Source: Dudresnaya verticillata (Eukaryota). Taken from it: DNA of 64,000 nucleotides. Location of the stretch: positions 3,472,001-3,536,000 of the forward strand of contig OZ374557.1 of assembly GCA_977862235.1 (NCBI GenBank), written 5' to 3'. Under the pieces are notes generated by a model. The model was not told the origin of the DNA. It saw only the letters and a program-made list of their open reading frames with translations, and made no database searches. Shown one piece after another: positions 46,801 to 58,365 of this stretch (its first letter is position 1; each line of letters starts with the position of its first letter). Made by a program: the position numbers and the translations under genes.

Positions 46801-47064
46801 AATGTGGGAAAACGCAGGGATGTGGTTCCTAGTACAGCTCAGTCCGTCGCAGCTGTAGCGGAAGCTTCCCTTTCCGAGCCGCATGAAGATGAGGGGAAGA
46901 GAGCGAAGCGACCAACTCCGATGCCAGCATCGCAAATAAGCTTGAAAGGAAATGGTATGGTTGAAACTGGTCCTGCTGCCAAGAAAGCGAAGCGCACTAG
47001 TGCCAATGCAGTAGGTGGTGCTGCTCGAGCGAAAAAGGTTCATAACCGTTTCCTGAAGAGGTGA
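43849..47064 (+). CDS. WDHD1: WDHD1/AND-1/Ctf4 replisome adaptor (WD40 + SepB)
   Basis: N-terminal WD40 repeats, an acidic linker, then QATFMPTSTP...RHILAWNLVG, VVEIEFAD, FRPFSSWSANSDW, IRVFSLSGIQ, FPPAKPRP and the helical RAFDLA...YAIELA. Probable start ATG 43849. Confidence 0.92.
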   Translation: MSGRTLRPSFAHMPGPCGLGALPSGKYAISTGSDATLRLHDISDTPTAWWRAEAPEEPELPDLSVTNLHEKAVSCLAVSPTGANFATGSDDGFVRIFAVQTGADRPDADLLQACARFGGPVRGLDFSPTGAFLAAAGEEPGVLKIVMTAQPSSVTVLRAPAAAKGAEAVVVVAFDRSGDFIATVGEHGQAVIWDVEKCKMACALDLGERKARCVAWSPCGLRLILGTNKGIVVVSQGTWLLDHVLEDAGEQDDEDETYFGSSGKCGISALACCSNGSYLLSAKDDSTISLWDVGRKKILSCWKGPEVAQRLFWHPKANAMAMIDTIGQWCIVPDVVPQHMPSPHVGAPALELPTLPETDGPSTRTKDAGDADEEDIKPSKKAKLRRLKQQQRKEISKESKPRKSSKPDSDEDEDEDDNQLENGFTFNASDVDADDEDDSKRDHANGYDDGDSASDEDDSSELAGESRTGRRLVDRDGRRLPRSRATYGNPVPIVATQATFMPTSTPLSEKRSKKRHILAWNLVGAVLSFDESSHDVVEIEFADASKRTIGIKDHYGYTMGCLTSTGVLLASPKKTEHGSLLTFRPFSSWSANSDWTQFFPVDEDVSVIALGHHFAAAVTKPNNIIRVFSLSGIQTSVFGVPGTVVTVAANGGELVVVYSEPHSPALRCEALSISTHGEVDKVWFRGPLALSAGSKLEWIGFTNDTKELCAYDSQGWHWMMADPKSSQRWVPMVQNAAKEGECDWFWVASATSTSLIGTPCLSNERFPPAKPRPSLRSLPLSAPVIEKVTKSGKPTVMERFLRTKLKLNRALAAKAEADELYECDSIEVANAEDIVARMEVETDKCTLALMEEACRNEQNMRAFDLATRLHAKISLKYAIELAKHFNRTALATRVEKAVMRKAELMEENERERTELRKDLAGPRMAIQAGGQHPSEELACSDDDSGTQVMERQKASPAGRKTDQEVKKPSFEIGDVTDDEDERPDNVGKRRDVVPSTAQSVAAVAEASLSEPHEDEGKRAKRPTPMPASQISLKGNGMVETGPAAKKAKRTSANAVGGAARAKKVHNRFLKR

Positions 47065-47442
47065 ACACATTGAGAATACACTCAGAGAACATGTAAAGAA
47101 ACTTGGTTCCCTGAAGCTCGCCCTAAAGCTGTAGGCAGAAAATCTCGGATTCCCAGATTGAATCGGGGCTCACATTACCCGCAACTTGCTGCAATCCTTC
47201 ATTGCTTCCTGAGGGGATCGTTGAGAAGTCTTCCGCCGAACAAAGCACTCGCGCTGACCTATGGGGAGGTGCTCTTGCGACGAACGGCAACAGCGCATTC
47301 ATTCACACAGGCCTCTAACGACACAGTTCGCTGTGCACACAATCCCAGTCTCATGACATCAAGTAACCCACGCATGAGCACACGCAAACACTGTCCTGAC
47401 GGGCATTAAGATACTTGAAGCAGCATACAGCAATTCTTGAGT

Positions 47443-48237
47443 TTACTCTCGAGAAGTCAGCTCCACTTGTGGTTCTAAATTGCGCCGCGAGCCATCTTCT
47501 TGTCCGTCAATGTTCTGCGTCTGTCCATCTACAGGTCCTTCCTGTTGGCCCTCTCCCTCTGCAATAAGGATGCTCCGAGGATCTCGTCGCTTGAGCAAGC
47601 GTGTCGAATGCGTTTTGAATTCGTCTTCCTGAGACCCGAAGTTCCGCGCGATCGCCAGCAAACCCGAATCGCGGTCAATTGCAAGGTCAACTACTCTGTC
47701 ATACTGCCACCTAGAATATTGTTGTGACATCCGGATCTTCCTTGCTAATGCGATTGCCTGATCTTGCAGTACGCGGTCAGTCGCAGTCGCTTCCTGAGAT
47801 GACTGTTTCTTCTTCTTAATATGCGAGCCATCGAGCTTCACTTCCCTAGTCGGAATTGGGCTCTCTTCAAAACTGTCCTTGCTCCAGAACAACCACGCAT
47901 TGTCCAGAAGCGCTGACACGTCTGAGTCGTTCTGAATCGGCTCTGTAAAATGCGGTGATGTGAAAACCGCAACCTGCTTAATGTCCGTCGGCTCCAGAAA
48001 TGCAGTGGGGAACGGTGGGGGTTGTGTATCGGCGATGAGCGTTTTCAGACGATGGAGGTTCATCCTGTATATCTTCACGCTGTGTAGCTCCCCATCCGGG
48101 TACTCAACTGTCCGAAGGACCTTGCCGAAGATTCGCGACCGTAGCGCATTGAAAACTATGGAAGAACCGCCTACCAACTTGAACGCGCTATCCGCCTTCC
48201 CCAGCATGACACCGATAGGCAAGATGGGACCCACCAT
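47443..48237 (-). CDS. Hypothetical protein (264 aa)
   Basis: ATG ORF with protein-like composition, convergent with WDHD1. No motif recognised. Confidence 0.65.
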   Translation of the reverse strand: MVGPILPIGVMLGKADSAFKLVGGSSIVFNALRSRIFGKVLRTVEYPDGELHSVKIYRMNLHRLKTLIADTQPPPFPTAFLEPTDIKQVAVFTSPHFTEPIQNDSDVSALLDNAWLFWSKDSFEESPIPTREVKLDGSHIKKKKQSSQEATATDRVLQDQAIALARKIRMSQQYSRWQYDRVVDLAIDRDSGLLAIARNFGSQEDEFKTHSTRLLKRRDPRSILIAEGEGQQEGPVDGQTQNIDGQEDGSRRNLEPQVELTSRE

Positions 48238-49290
48238 ATTGTTCCGCTGACTCGAATCAACTCCAGTCTGGTCCGTATCAAGACATCACAGGAGCAGTTT
48301 GAGGATCCAACAGTACGGAGCGGTTGTGGAACCGAGGAGCACAGGTCGCAGTCGCCGAAGAATAGTCGAGCAGTAACGCCAGAACTAGAGACGATCGGAA
48401 AAATGGCAACCGCAGCAATCTGGTGATGTGTGCCTGGAGGGCTCTGGGTAGAGCTAAACGGGCATCTGGCTCTACAAAGAGTTGAGCATAGTTGCTCCGG
48501 GGATTTCTCTTCTTCGCTTCACGTCTCCGCGGTTCTCGGTGCTGGTCAAAGCTGAGTGCTGCTCCCCGCTGCGCTGTAGCTGCACTGAGGGCAGCCTGGA
48601 AAGAGTATCAAAATGTGCTACGGTACAAACAGAAAGAATCGGCTGAATTTTAGATATTCGTGTTGGCCTTTTCGTAGGGATCCTGACCCTCATCACTATC
48701 AGAGCTTTTGGCATTGCATGGCGCACAAGCACAAGCTGAGGGTGTATGCCGCTATGCCGCTCTCGATCTGCACCCGATGTTCGATGCAATGCTGCTCAGT
48801 ATGAACGATCCAGAATTGCCTTGGATGCTGATCGTACTCGCCAAGACGACTAAGTTTCTGGTGCTGGGTGAGATATTCTTTCCTTGCGAGTGTGCGTTCA
48901 GTCGGTCTAACGGCTAATGCGCTATGCATGCGTGGCGATATGTTTCTGTCACACCGAAGATTATTATTTCGGACATGCTTCGCATTGCTTCCCCGTCCTT
49001 GCAAGGAGGTGGAGTGAATGAAGAGCTATACAAGCCTTTGGGGAGCAGACCGGTTGGCTATTTCACTGGACTAAACAATTCCACTCGACAATTCCTATTG
49101 ATGGGCCTGAGCTGCGGCCCGCTTCACCTTCACTGACGCAGACAATTCAAATGTGTTTAAGCATTGTCAAGAAAATGGAAACCCACTTCGTTCAGAAGAT
49201 TGGATCCTGATCTTTGGCCGCTCGCCCGGAGAATCGAGAGGCGCCCTCGGCCAACGTCCGCACACCACGACGCCTCGAGTGTTATGCCGC

Positions 49291-50682
49291 ATGTCTTCAT
49301 ATGCCGGAAATCAGCATTCGCTGATAGTCAGCCTGCTCCTCGTCACCGCGTTCGTCTTGCTGAACTGCAACTACCCGGCTTTGCGCAACCACCTCCGACG
49401 CTTTCAACATTTGCATTCTCATCGTGTCGCAAGCCGCTCTTCCCCACTCTTGTCCACTAGTGGTACACGTGATTTTAACCGTTCTCACTCACATGAGTCG
49501 GCTCTACTACTCAACAAAACATCTAGATTCATGTTCTATGCTGGCTACGGCCAGTTGAATAATCAGGTCGTCAGCCTAGTTAACGCGCTCTTCATTAATC
49601 GTCGTGCTGGTACAGTTCTTGTTCTGCCATATACCCAGCTTGGTAAGGAGAGCGTCTGGGATATTGAACGCGCCGGCCACGCTGCTGAACTTGCTCGCAA
49701 ACGGCAATTGGTCGGCGCGTACTTCAACTACTCACATCTTCGACGGACGGAACGTGTCGTACTACCCACCAAGTTTTTCCCGTCGCCGTACGGTCGGGAA
49801 CTCCTGCTGCAATCCAGATTAACGGTTTCCGATACTGCCATAACCTTCTACGACCGTCTGTTCATGGAAGAAACCTCCAAGCTTCATAACGAAACGAGGC
49901 GAGCACATGTTACAACGCCGAAACTGATAACTGGGCAAGGCAAAAATCGGCGCTTGAACAACGTCTGTGACCTCGATCCGAACTACCTTTTCAAAACGGT
50001 GCAGGAGCAGGGTAGAAATGGTCGCTTCATTCTATTCCCAAAGACCTTTCGCCGACACAATCTCAACTGCACCCACGTAGAACCTGACTGGATTTCCATT
50101 CGCAAAAGCCTGGTACCAAGGGACGAGTATCTTTTGGCGGTTGACACATTCATGAAAGGTCTTCCCAAGCCTGTACTTGCAATCCACCTTCGAATTTTCC
50201 TTAGCCTCGATCTGGGCCAGTTCACTGCTGATTCCTATGTGGATATGCTATTCCGCGACTTTGGCGATATTATCATGAAAGCGAATTCATTATATGTGGC
50301 GTATTCTCAGAGCTCTGACGAGAGCAGAGAGGTATTCGACATTCTCGGAGACAGATTTCATGGTAAGGTAATAGATGGCTCTGTTGCAGAACGGTTTTAT
50401 CACCCGAGTCACCGTGTATTTGCGAAACAAGGCCTTGCGGGTGTGCTCTTCGATATGTGGGTTTGTGTGCGCAGCCGCTACTTCCTTGGTCGATTAAAGT
50501 CCTCGCTATCGTGGAACGTTGTGTTTTGGAGACAAGCATTCCAAAAGGAATATGGGTTAGATAAGCACCTTACCCAAAGGCCATTATGGTACTCATTGGA
50601 AAACTTCACAACAACTGGGGCGCAAGGGAAGGAGGGGCATCTCGTTGGTTCTGGATTGCCACGAAAGCAGCTTCTAGTATGA
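49291..50682 (+). CDS. O-fucosyltransferase family (POFUT-like, GT-B) type II membrane protein
   Basis: N-terminal TM anchor, GYGQLNNQ, LAIHLR and DMWVCVRSRYFLGRLKSSLS GDP-fucose-binding-type motifs. Confidence 0.85.
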   Translation: MSSYAGNQHSLIVSLLLVTAFVLLNCNYPALRNHLRRFQHLHSHRVASRSSPLLSTSGTRDFNRSHSHESALLLNKTSRFMFYAGYGQLNNQVVSLVNALFINRRAGTVLVLPYTQLGKESVWDIERAGHAAELARKRQLVGAYFNYSHLRRTERVVLPTKFFPSPYGRELLLQSRLTVSDTAITFYDRLFMEETSKLHNETRRAHVTTPKLITGQGKNRRLNNVCDLDPNYLFKTVQEQGRNGRFILFPKTFRRHNLNCTHVEPDWISIRKSLVPRDEYLLAVDTFMKGLPKPVLAIHLRIFLSLDLGQFTADSYVDMLFRDFGDIIMKANSLYVAYSQSSDESREVFDILGDRFHGKVIDGSVAERFYHPSHRVFAKQGLAGVLFDMWVCVRSRYFLGRLKSSLSWNVVFWRQAFQKEYGLDKHLTQRPLWYSLENFTTTGAQGKEGHLVGSGLPRKQLLV

Positions 50683-50830
50683 TTGGCGCGCGGAGCGTGG
50701 GCATAGCATGGCTTTTTCGGGGCCTGTCTCGCCTGCTTATACTGGAAGGAACTGTGCAGGTCGACCTGCCGCCAGGCTGAGACATTGCCGGCATATTGCA
50801 TGAAATGTGTATTCAATCTAAGAACCATCT

Positions 50831-52531
50831 TCAAACAAGACAAGCGTCCCGGCGGATTACATGCAGTCGCCATTGATCGCGTTCCCCATGCCGCAAAATG
50901 CGCTCGTCTCCACTATGCGTAGTGATCATCTTGTACAGATTTGCCTCGTACAAGTCTAAAGCAAGCCCCACATTCATGAGGATGTAATACCCATGCTTGC
51001 TGGCGTCCCTCACGGGGATCTTCCGCCCAATGCGCAACCACCCGTGTCTTCCCGCACGCACGCAACTGTTGTTGGCAGTGGCAATCAGACCTCCTGGCAT
51101 TCTTGGATCGCATGCGACCCCCTCCAGCTTGGACACCAGCTTACGTGCCACGACCCGCGCGGCAATATCATTTTTGACATATAGCCAGCCCCCCATTGCG
51201 GCACGCATGCTTGCGTGCGAAAACATCTTCCTCGTTATGTACACCACCACGCCCAGAAGGACAGACCCGGTGCCAATGCATTGGTTAATCACGCTTGCCC
51301 AGTTGTGGTCTCCTTCTCCAAACCACTGGATCACTCCCGGAGTGAGCCACAGCCCTAGACCGATGGCGAAGATGATAAAAGGAAGGATGCGCGCACGTAT
51401 TTCTAATCCGCTGTCGTGCTGCGCCCGCCGTAGCAATCCGGGAAGGTAAGCGTCGTCACCGGTGCTGGGAATGGGATGGATGCGTGCTAAACGAAGCTCT
51501 CTCTCGGTGGCCAAGCGATGGGTTGCAGAGTAGAACAGTACGCTCGGTTTGCTTTCCTCGGGTAGGCCTTGTACGTATGTCGAGATAGCCTGTTGGTAAT
51601 TGTGAAGCGGTGTACCTTTCGCAACGACGTCTTTCTTGAGTACTGGTCCCGACTCACATATTTGTCCCCATGTACTGTTGCCGCCGACCATGACAAGCCG
51701 GCGCACAATACGCGGAGATGAAATCTGGACTGCATCACGATTTCGGAAGGCAATGTGTGTAATGCCGATAGTCTCCTGGCCATCGATCCATACATGTTTC
51801 CTGTTGTAGGGAATGGGAACGATTGTCGAGCCGACTGCGTCGAGATCATCAACGGACCGCGCTACCCCAACGAAGGAAGTGAATTGAGGTAGTAGCAAAT
51901 GTGTGTCTCCCTGGCGACCGAAGTACTGAATAGTGCCGCCCCACGGCACATCGCAAAGCTGCGTGGCGCGGGGGTTAGCTTGCTTCGTGGCTAAACCCCT
52001 TTTGCCGTAGTTCCACCTCAAGTTCCTATCTCTCCTTCTCAAGTCGTTTTCCGAGGAGTCACTATCGCTGGTGGCGGGGGTCCCTTCTGTTGAACCACTG
52101 ATGTGCATCTGTATGTTTACTTGCGTTGGAATGTCATGATACGAGCCCATGGCCACCGAGATAGGCTCTTCCGCTCCGTCATACGAGCCCATGGCCACCG
52201 CGATAGGCTCTTCCGCTCCGTGATACGAGCCCATGGCCACCGCGATAGGCTCTTCCGCTCCGTCATACGAGCCCATGGCCACCGCGATATGCTCTTCCGC
52301 TCCGTCAAACGAGCCCGCCGGGCTGCGCCTCCGTTTTCGCTTTGAGCCTTGGTATGAGAAGCCCAGCAGAGCTACGGTGAACAAAGGTTCAGGTGTCGAA
52401 CCCCGAGAAGTGGTTCCGGGATGGTCGCTCGTCCTGCTCGTAATCTCATCACCGCTTGTCACAGGATTATCCGCAGACACTCGCAACACTGGGGGTGGCT
52501 CTATTGGGTGGCCTTCGGGTCCTGCGCTCAT
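50831..52531 (-). CDS. Unknown protein (566 aa), paralog of 39672..41204
   Basis: Intronless ATG ORF. Shared motifs include PWGG, THLLLP.FTS.VGVA, THIAF, MVGGNS.WGQIC.SGPVLK, WAS.INQCIGTGSVLLG and KHGYYILMN. Confidence 0.88.
   Translation of the reverse strand: MSAGPEGHPIEPPPVLRVSADNPVTSGDEITSRTSDHPGTTSRGSTPEPLFTVALLGFSYQGSKRKRRRSPAGSFDGAEEHIAVAMGSYDGAEEPIAVAMGSYHGAEEPIAVAMGSYDGAEEPISVAMGSYHDIPTQVNIQMHISGSTEGTPATSDSDSSENDLRRRDRNLRWNYGKRGLATKQANPRATQLCDVPWGGTIQYFGRQGDTHLLLPQFTSFVGVARSVDDLDAVGSTIVPIPYNRKHVWIDGQETIGITHIAFRNRDAVQISSPRIVRRLVMVGGNSTWGQICESGPVLKKDVVAKGTPLHNYQQAISTYVQGLPEESKPSVLFYSATHRLATERELRLARIHPIPSTGDDAYLPGLLRRAQHDSGLEIRARILPFIIFAIGLGLWLTPGVIQWFGEGDHNWASVINQCIGTGSVLLGVVVYITRKMFSHASMRAAMGGWLYVKNDIAARVVARKLVSKLEGVACDPRMPGGLIATANNSCVRAGRHGWLRIGRKIPVRDASKHGYYILMNVGLALDLYEANLYKMITTHSGDERILRHGERDQWRLHVIRRDACLV
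52136..52314 (-). repeat. 42-bp coding tandem repeat, ~4.2 copies (SYDGAEEPIAVAMG)
   Basis: ATACGAGCCCATGGCCACCG recurs at 52139, 52181, 52223 and 52265. Confidence 0.95.
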
Positions 52532-54710
52532 GGTGACTTGCTGCTAGCCCTTCTCCGCCAGGGGTGAGACACGAAGGGTAAGCTCGCTTGTGCTGGGGTT
52601 GAGAAGAGGGAGGTTGTGCAGGATTTGCAAGTGTGGTGCCGCAGAAGTCATCGTACATTGACCGGCGGGTCGGGTGCTTGGCTTTATTGCACCTATCGAA
52701 GGGTACGCAATGTGGAAATGGTAGGGATGGGACAATATTGTGTGCATAAGGGCGCTGTGCATATTTTCCCCAGCACAGCTGGTTGTTGTAGCACGTTGGC
52801 TCTTGCATGAATGTCTGTCTGTCTGCCCCCTGGCACCCGGGTCCCCCTCCGACGGCGTGGGACGGAGTTGGGAGCGGATGGCGTTCGGAAGTAGCTCGGG
52901 CTGGGGGCCGGAAGGCGAGGGGCAGAACACAAGACAACAGCAAACAGCAATGCAGGGCACCATTGTTGTGCAGCCAAGGCATCCCTTTACAGTACAGCAT
53001 TGAAACCCGGTTCTAATAACGAGTGTGCCTACGCCGAAGGTGAGTCGCAGGTCAGCACGCTCGAACGGACGGGTCTCTTCGTCGTTAAGCCTTCCGTTGT
53101 CGAGCACCCGAAGCGATGAGCACTGGTCCCTCCCCCACTCCCCAACCCTTATTGTTGCTGAATAATGCAATGTGAGTGATACTGCAGCCACAAATAAGGG
53201 GGGAAAATCACTTGGCACCTCTTATTAATTAGTACGGTACAGAATCCTGTGACGTCAGCGCAACGGGTCAGGGCCCCAGTGTCGAAGAGGCGCAAGATAA
53301 GGGCAATAGAAGTCATGAGCCTAGCCTCGACCCAAAAACACGAGCATCATCGTGAGGGTGAGCTAGTACTGTAGTAGCTGCGAAGCATTTCCGTCTTTGT
53401 CGCAGAATACCTGTGTACCACATAGTTTTTCAAGCAAGATTTGGTCACCACTTGCAGATAAATAGCCATGCAAATAATGTCGCGAATGGGACGAACCTGA
53501 ATCTCTAAGCTGCTATTGCAAATTGTATCACGGATGACAGCTTTCCAAAGTAGTAGAGTTGTGTAGAAAGAGAAATGAGCATGGCCATCACTACAGGAAA
53601 ATACCTGCCCGGTTCTGCTCATAATGCATGTTGGTTGCTTTTTTTTCTGAAGCAAACAAGGTAACAGGCAGGCTAGTGCTTTAGCAGCCAAGTAGTGCAG
53701 CAAATGGCTCAAGCATAGTCCTGCGGTTGCTTAAGGGGCTCAATTGTTACTTGAACAATAAACCCAAAGAAATTACGACAGCAGGGACCCGATTCTAAAT
53801 AAAGCTGTCAGCATGTATTGCGGAATTGCTTCACTTGGGCTGCAGTTCTAGAGCGCGCGGAGCGTTTGCAGTCGGTGACCGAAGCGTCTCAACCCGTGTA
53901 AGCGTGTAGCTTTTGCAGCTAAATGCTACCTTGAACTTTTTCTTGAATCGATTGTCTATCGATCCAGTTCGGTTGCAGCCCTGAGGGGTTGAGGCCGCGT
54001 GAGGCATTATCGACAAAAACATAAAAAACACACATCACTTCAATCCCGCCTGACCGCTGCGAGGGAAGCGCAATACAACTCTGAAATCTTTGCTGCAACC
54101 AGTACCGCGTGAGGCGTCATGGGAAAAGCGCGACGTTTGACATCTGGTTATCATGTTGATGACCTCATGCACACCCCGCATAATACCAATTGAATTGAAC
54201 AGTGCGCCGTCTGCAGTGCTCATTGGCCCTCCAGCCGGATTGACAAGAGATTTTTCCGACGCGACCAATCGACGAACAGTATCTACACCGTTCTCGCGCC
54301 CGTCCCGCCCTTTCGCGGTCCCCGCCGCACCACCTGATTGGCCACGCATCACGAATGTTTACACAAACCCTTGTCGATAAGTCCCGCGTCGCGCCCACAA
54401 ATAAGGCACCACCCGGATCACCCCCTTTCCCGGATTGGCACCGGATAATTCCAGCCACACAGCCCTCCCCTCGCAAAAAGATTGACCCCCCCACCAATCC
54501 CGGCACCTCCCGCCTTAATCGCACAGTGCCCACACCGCATCGCAAAAAGTCCCAAAGTCCTTCGACAGCGCTGCGCCTTCATCCGCGACACGAAGCAACC
54601 CGACGCAATCCTGCATCACACCGCATCTAACCCGCGAGCATGCGCTGAGCACAGTTCCGTCCCGCGCGAGCAGTCCCGCCGCCGCCGCGCAACCCCCTGC
54701 ACCAGCCAAC

Positions 54711-56964
54711 ATGTGCGGCATCTTCGGCTACGCCAACTACAGCGTCCCCGTCTCGCAGGCAGACATCCTGAAGACCCTGGTCACGGGGCTGCGCCGCCTG
54801 GAGTACCGCGGCTACGACTCGGCTGGGCTCGCCGTCGACGGCGACTCCACCTCCGACGTCGTCATCGTCAAGGCTGTCGGCACCGTCGACAAGCTCCAGC
54901 TCTCCGTCGACTCCGTCCGCGCCGCCCGTCTCGCCAATCCGCGTACCCTCTACAGTCACGTCGGCATCGCCCACACCCGCTGGGCCACGCACGGTGCCCC
55001 CTCCGTCACCAACTCCCACCCCCACGTGTCCGACCCCGACGCTCAGTTTGTTGTTGTGCACAATGGCATCTTCACAAACTTCAAGCCCATCAAGGAAATG
55101 CTGTCGTCAAAGGGCTTCGAGTTTGAGAGCGATACTGATACCGAGGTTATTGCCAAGCTGCTCAAGTATCTCTATGAAACCGTCCGCGAGCACGACGACC
55201 AGCTCACCTTCCCTCGCCTCGTCATGCACCTGATGCACGCCATTGACGGCGCGTACGCCCTGCTGCTCAGATCTACCGCCTTCCCCAACGAGCTTGTCGC
55301 CTGCAAGGTCGGGTCCCCGCTCGTGTTGGGGCTCAGCCCGGCCAAGGGCGAGGAAATCGTTGTAATCAAGAGCTCCATCTCGAACAATGGCGAGCCTAAC
55401 ATGAAACGGCGCCGCGTCGATAGCACCAATGGTCACCCCGCCCCAGTTGGAAGCCCCGTTGGCTCCAATGGAGAGGGCACGAGGGCCGAGTACTACTTCA
55501 GCTCGGATGCAAGTGCAATTATCGAACACACGGACAAAGTCGTGTACTTTGAAGACAACGACCTAGCCCACATTACCGAGTCCGGCAGCCTACTTATGTT
55601 CAACTTCGACGACTCTGCGACACGCGCCATCGCCTCCAACCGCACCATAGCTACGTTGGACATGGAAATTGAGCAGATCATGAAGGGTTCGTACCCACAC
55701 TTCATGCTCAAGGAGATCTTCGAGCAGCCCGACTCCCTGACACAGACAATGCGCGGACGCGTTCTCACGCACAGCAAGGAGAATACCGACCTATCCGGTA
55801 TGCATTATAACGATGTCCTTCTCGGCGGCCTTTCGCAGCGGCTGGGAGACTTCCGCCGCTCTTCGAGAATCATCTTCGTTGCCTGTGGAACTTCATTCCA
55901 TTCCTGTGTCGCTGCCCGCCAGGTCATGGAAGAGCTCACAGAGCTGCCTGTATCTGTTGAACTCTCATCAGACTTTCTTGACCGTCACACGCCCCTGTTC
56001 CGGTCTGATGTGTGTGTATTTGTATCGCAGTCTGGCGAAACGGCAGATACGCTTGAAGCACTGCGATATGCGAAGAAGTGTCAGGCACTGACAGTCGGTA
56101 TTGTCAATGTGGTAGGCAGCAGTATTGCTCGCTTAACGGACTGTGGTGTGCATTTGAATGCGGGCGCGGAGATCGGTGTCGCCTCGACAAAGGCATACAC
56201 TTCTCAGATTATTGTTATTGTTATCATTGCACTGCAGCTTAGTATTGACTCTCGGGCAAAGCAAGAGAGGCGGCGAGCCATTCATGCCGCCCTGGTAGAA
56301 CTCCCACAGCTTGTCAAGAAGACACTTGGATACATGGACGCAAAGATGAAGACGATTGCGCAAAGACTACGCGAGAATACATCAATCTTGCTGTTCGGTA
56401 GAGGGTATCAATACGCGACTTGTTTAGAGGGTGCTCTCAAGATCAAGGAACTCAGTTACATCCATACGGAAGGAATCCACGCCGGAGAGTTGAAGCACGG
56501 CCCTCTTGCTCTAATCGACGAGAACATGCCTGTCATCGTCTTCGCAGGGAAGGATTCTTGTTCCACCAAGGTCCAAAATGCACTGCATCAGCTCACAGCA
56601 AGAGGCGGCATTGCAAACATGCTTATCATTGGAACAGAAGGCGACACAGAAATCGAAAAGTTTTCTGAGAAGGCCGAGCTTGTGATGGTCCCTGAAACCG
56701 TGGACTGTCTGCAATGTGTCTTGAACATCATTCCAATGCAGATGCTGAGTTACCACCTTGCTGTAGCCCGGGGGCTGAATGTTGATCAACCAAGGTACGT
56801 TGCAATACGACGCATTTCCAACCTGACGGAAGCGCTGCGTAGCTTTCTTATCTGACCAAACTCTGTATTCCATCTTCAATCCCTTCGTGATGCAAATCGT
56901 TTGCGTTGCCCGTTTTCTTGTTCTCGAATTCAGATCACTCGCCAAAAGTGTTACCGTGGAGTGA
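54711..56964 (+). CDS. GFAT: Glutamine:fructose-6-phosphate amidotransferase, 2 exons (54711-56794, 56934-56964)
   Basis: MCGIFG, LEYRGYDSAG, HTRWATHG, SQSGETADT and GELKHGP. Removing the 139-nt GT-AG intron restores the terminal PRSLAKSVTVE. Confidence 0.98.
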
Positions 56965-57226
56965 ATCAGCAGTCTCATTCCTTCTGTAGCAGTTTAACAG
57001 CGATTGTCACACGTTACTGCGAAAGCTCCTGCAGTCAACGATGGGCCAAGAGCACAAGAGGTGTCATGTAATATCACCGGCAGCTCTTGCCTATGTATTA
57101 AAGTGCCATACTCACTTTGTCCTTTGGTTACTGTCAATGCATATCCGTTCGCGCTTGGTCATAGAACACATCATCCTAAAGCGCGTTGATGGCTCTTCTA
57201 TTCCATCATAGCCGCCATGCCGTAGC

Positions 57227-58365
57227 TCAGTCCTTGATGCTCCAATAAGTGGTCCCGTATACGAGCATGCCCACAGCCTGAGCGCTCAGGATGGTGCCGA
57301 GGATATAAACGTACTTGTCTCGTCGACGCAAACGGACTGATTCTCCAAGCCAAGTGGAGACAGTGCTCAAAGAACCTCCTAGGCCTGTTATCAAAGCTTG
57401 CAAAAAGACCTTTTCATCACTTGAGGGCGTGTGTCTCAACATAGCAGCCCCAATCGCTACATCGATCAGCATGGCAGTCATGTTCGCGATGAATGTTCCT
57501 ATCGGGAACGTCGGTCGCCATCCATTGAGGAGTGAGAGACGCCATCTGAATATCGCACCCACAGGAGCAAACATTGAGCCTGCCCAAAATGAGCGACGGA
57601 GTTCGCTTTCGCGGTCGACAATGGCTCCACTGATAGTCCCTGACCAAGCAAGTAACAGAACAACTAGGAGCATAGCAAACACGAACACTTGGCTCGGTCT
57701 AGTACGATCTAGTTTTTCCGAACTTCGACTCATTGATGGCGCAACGTTTTCCGCCGTCGGCTCTTCTTGGGACATATCCGTGTTGAAACCCGTACGCTCC
57801 TTCTCTCCGAAAATACTGAGAAGCGCAATGCCGGTATCGCTACCGACAGTTAGAGCAACGAGGGATGTACAAAGGCCGAAAAACAAAGCACCTAGGGCCT
57901 CGAGCCACAGCCCTGTCACAAGCATTCGAACCACCTGATAGTTCCATGAGGCGAAAGCTACCAGTTTTGGAAGAAGAGAATCCAGTTGATGGTTGAAAAG
58001 GTAAGATGCGAGTGACGATGAATAGAAAGTGTGCCGTTAGTAACGCTCTGGAACCCCTGTGCCCAGTCACGGCGAAGCAGCGCAAATAACGTACTCGTCA
58101 CAGAGCCTGCATACCCTGTAGATATCGCCAGACTTAGCGCTGAGGGCACTTTCAGCGGCTCCTTCAAGGACCGGTGCAGTCCGAACACAAAGCACCCCAA
58201 AACGTTCGCAGCAAGGTCATAGAAAACGATATCATCATCCGCAGAAACGCTCGCACCGTCTTCCCCAAACAGCGAATTCACCCACGCGCGAGTAAGGACT
58301 CCAAGAATTGCTGCAATCGATAAGCTGACGGCACAGATGGCCGTCGACAACGAGATGCGCATCAT
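57227..58365 (-). CDS. FEX: FEX fluoride exporter (tandem Fluc/CrcB domains), 2 exons (58365-58095, 57957-57227)
   Basis: LAANVLGC and TGYAGSVT|TFASW in the first domain. GAIFRW, PIGTFIAN and TGLGGSLSTVSTW in the second. Phase-1 intron of 137 nt. Confidence 0.9.

Noticed and set aside
52544..54700. Scattered ORFs upstream of GFAT (similarly 41400-42600, 48400-49140 and 63000-64000)
   Set aside because: No recognisable domains or convincing gene models; treated as intergenic or unresolved.
56795..56855. Apparently aberrant GFAT C-terminus (YVAIRRISN...)
   Set aside because: This is intron read-through. Splicing restores the canonical ...LAKSVTVE.
49291..56964. Sugar-metabolism gene cluster (O-fucosyltransferase + GFAT)
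   Set aside because: The two use different nucleotide-sugar pathways, unrelated sequence lies between them, and nothing suggests co-regulation.
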